From Hadesarchaea archaeon (GTDB lineage Archaea > Hadarchaeota > Hadarchaeia > Hadarchaeales > Hadarchaeaceae): a stretch of 46,939 nucleotides of DNA. The stretch is from positions 1-46,939 of the forward strand of contig DAOVGS010000046.1 of assembly GCA_030672285.1 (NCBI GenBank), written 5' to 3'. A model generated the notes under the pieces. It was not told where the DNA came from. It saw only the letters and a list, made by a program, of their open reading frames with translations, and searched no databases. Both the position numbers and the translations under genes were made by a program. Each line of letters opens with the position of its first letter. The first letter of the stretch is position 1. This document shows, piece after piece, positions 45,440-46,939 of the stretch.

Positions 45440-46939
45440 CTATGGATCTATGTTAAATGAACTCGTGGCATCCCCGTCGAACTCCTGCGGGGTATCGTCG
45501 CCGCCGTAGGGGTATCTCGCTGAGGCCCAGGTGAATGCACCCTCTGCCGTGGTGCGCCCTTGTCCTATCAACCCTCTTTCGAGATACCAATATGTCCAAG
45601 CGCCATTTGAGTAGGCTGATACATCATAACCATACCCGGCTTCCTTGCATGTAGTCGTCATATATCTTTTAGTAGAGTTTATCAGTGCTCCATCCATCCC
45701 TCCTGAGTGACAGGAGTCGAAGAACACAAACAACTTGCCAGTGTAACCGGAGAGATCGCTCTGCAGTTCCGTGTCGGTGTAATATCCGGTATTGCCCCAT
45801 CTTGCATCATAAGCGCAGTACGCAGTGCGGCCGTCCGGTGCGCTGTCAGTCCCGTGACCTGAGAAGATGAGCGCGAGGGTGCCGTCAGCCCCCGCTCGGG
45901 TCGCTGCGTTCGTTATTGCGTTTCGAATGTTTGTCTCGGTCGCTTGGGAGTCGGTCAAAAAGGAACTTATGGTATATCCCTGCCCGACCAAGTAGGTCCT
46001 CCAGTCGTTGGCGTCGTTCACGCAGAATCGCAAATCGTTGATGTAATGGTAATCGTTTATTCCAACGATGACTGCATATTTGTTCGTTGGCGCAGGTGGT
46101 GCAGCTGCCGCGGTCTCCTTTCGATCGACGGTAAATCCGTACGCGGTTACCGAACCATCAGAAACCAATCGAACCTTTATGGAGCCCCCCAACACCCACG
46201 GGGTCCAGCGGTTGCGGTAGCTGCCGGTGTAGCTCGTGATGAGGTTGTTGTTTTCGTCGTAGATGTACACGTAGTCCCAGCCACTCTCGGTGTCCAGCTG
46301 GGTGAAATGGATTCGCATGTTCTCCGCCCCGGCCCCCCCGCTGACCGTCCAAGTTTGATCGTAGTTGTTCGGGTATGGGTGTGGCGATTCCGCGAGAGCG
46401 CCCGCAGTCGATAGCGAAACGTTAAGCGAGTAGGTTCCAGAGCCGCTGTAACGGTAGACCTCAATGAAGTAGTCGCCCGTGGAAGTCGCGCTGGGGGAGA
46501 CTGTGTCGGTCTGGCTCCCGCCGAGGGTGGATGAGTCAACTTGGGACTGGTTTGGATTGTAGAGGTAGAGGTCGAAATCAGCTCCTGAAGGAGGCGTCAA
46601 GGTGGCACTAATCGTCTGCCCGCTCGACACGCTCACCTTGTAGTAGTCGGTGGTATCTGTGTCATCCACATACCCCGAGCCACTCCCAGTGCTTATGGCT
46701 AGGGCCTGACCGAAGCTGTCGCCTGCGTCTTGGCCCGAGTTCCAGTCGTTCTGAGCGGCGGCTGCAGAAAGTGAAACACTAAACGAGTAGATTCCGGAGC
46801 CCGACCAATGCTCGACCCAGATGTAGAAGTAGCCAGATGAGGTTGCGGTTCCTGTAACCGTGTCGGTCTGGCTCCCGCCGTATGCCGAGGAGTCAACATA
46901 GCTCTGGCCGGTGTCGTAGAGGGTGAGGTCGAAGTCGGC
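45440..46939 (-). CDS. Secreted multidomain caspase-like (peptidase C14) protein: PPC-PPC-CUB-like-caspase; 5' end beyond the window
   Basis: I checked that the frame stays open from 46669 to 46939, giving ADFDLTLYDTGQSYVDSSAYGGSQTDTVTGTATSSGYFYIWVEHWSGSGIYSFSVSL. This parallels the second PPC repeat ADFDLYLYNPNQSQVDSS..YSLNVSL. The CUB-like segment is PHPYPNNYDQTWTV....MRIHF..LDTESGWDYVYIYD. The caspase dyad is IFSGHG and FFDSCHSGG. Confidence 0.75.
   Translation of the reverse strand, partial: ADFDLTLYDTGQSYVDSSAYGGSQTDTVTGTATSSGYFYIWVEHWSGSGIYSFSVSLSAAAAQNDWNSGQDAGDSFGQALAISTGSGSGYVDDTDTTDYYKVSVSSGQTISATLTPPSGADFDLYLYNPNQSQVDSSTLGGSQTDTVSPSATSTGDYFIEVYRYSGSGTYSLNVSLSTAGALAESPHPYPNNYDQTWTVSGGAGAENMRIHFTQLDTESGWDYVYIYDENNNLITSYTGSYRNRWTPWVLGGSIKVRLVSDGSVTAYGFTVDRKETAAAAPPAPTNKYAVIVGINDYHYINDLRFCVNDANDWRTYLVGQGYTISSFLTDSQATETNIRNAITNAATRAGADGTLALIFSGHGTDSAPDGRTAYCAYDARWGNTGYYTDTELQSDLSGYTGKLFVFFDSCHSGGMDGALINSTKRYMTTTCKEAGYGYDVSAYSNGAWTYWYLERGLIGQGRTTAEGAFTWASARYPYGGDDTPQEFDGDATSSFNIDP

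Overview
Archaeal chromosomal segment. Lineage markers are Kae1/Bud32, Spt4, RpoE', TBP, aIF2-gamma, aIF5B, L7Ae, S6e/S24e/S27ae/S28e/L24e, and IPK plus type-2 IDI. Finer taxonomy cannot be assigned from sequence alone. Most genes are on the minus strand and tightly packed, with many ATGA/GTGA/TTGA start-stop overlaps and frequent GTG/TTG starts. The GC-rich housekeeping backbone contains several known archaeal gene strings: S15-Ham1-Bud32-Kae1; S27ae-S24e-DUF359-Spt4-RpoE'; PIN-aIF2g ... S6e; aIF5B-Ndk-L24e-S28e-L7Ae-GluRS; TBP and SSB; and GGPPS-RNaseJ-IDI2-IPK-MEMO-S2-enolase. Visibly AT-richer accessory blocks interrupt it: a one-gene cassette at 429-1283, the wtpABC tungstate/molybdate transporter, two MNT/HEPN pairs, and a ~13 kb signalling island (16.2-29.5 kb). 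The island holds 2 histidine kinases, 1 kinase relic, 3 receiver proteins, an orphan solute-binding protein, two KaiC-like proteins and a 7-bladed propeller surface protein. Further accessory blocks are a DUF5661-like cassette and a caspase-like secreted protease operon at the right edge. I recognised no rRNA, tRNA, CRISPR array, transposase or integrase. The main second-look items follow. (1) Three small cassettes are each bracketed by direct repeats that duplicate the terminal codons of the adjacent host gene. (2) A 14-16 bp palindrome TGGCGAACGTTCGCCA lies ~95-115 nt upstream of three translation genes. (3) A receiver + degenerate KaiC + KaiC + transmembrane propeller module has no recognisable output. 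(4) A secreted PPC-PPC-CUB-caspase protein is paired with a PepSY-like membrane protein. (5) An S27ae gene absent from the ORF track overlaps both of its neighbours. (6) A box C/D-like K-loop motif lies over the L7Ae ribosome-binding site. All functional calls rest on motif recognition by eye and need HMM/BLAST confirmation.
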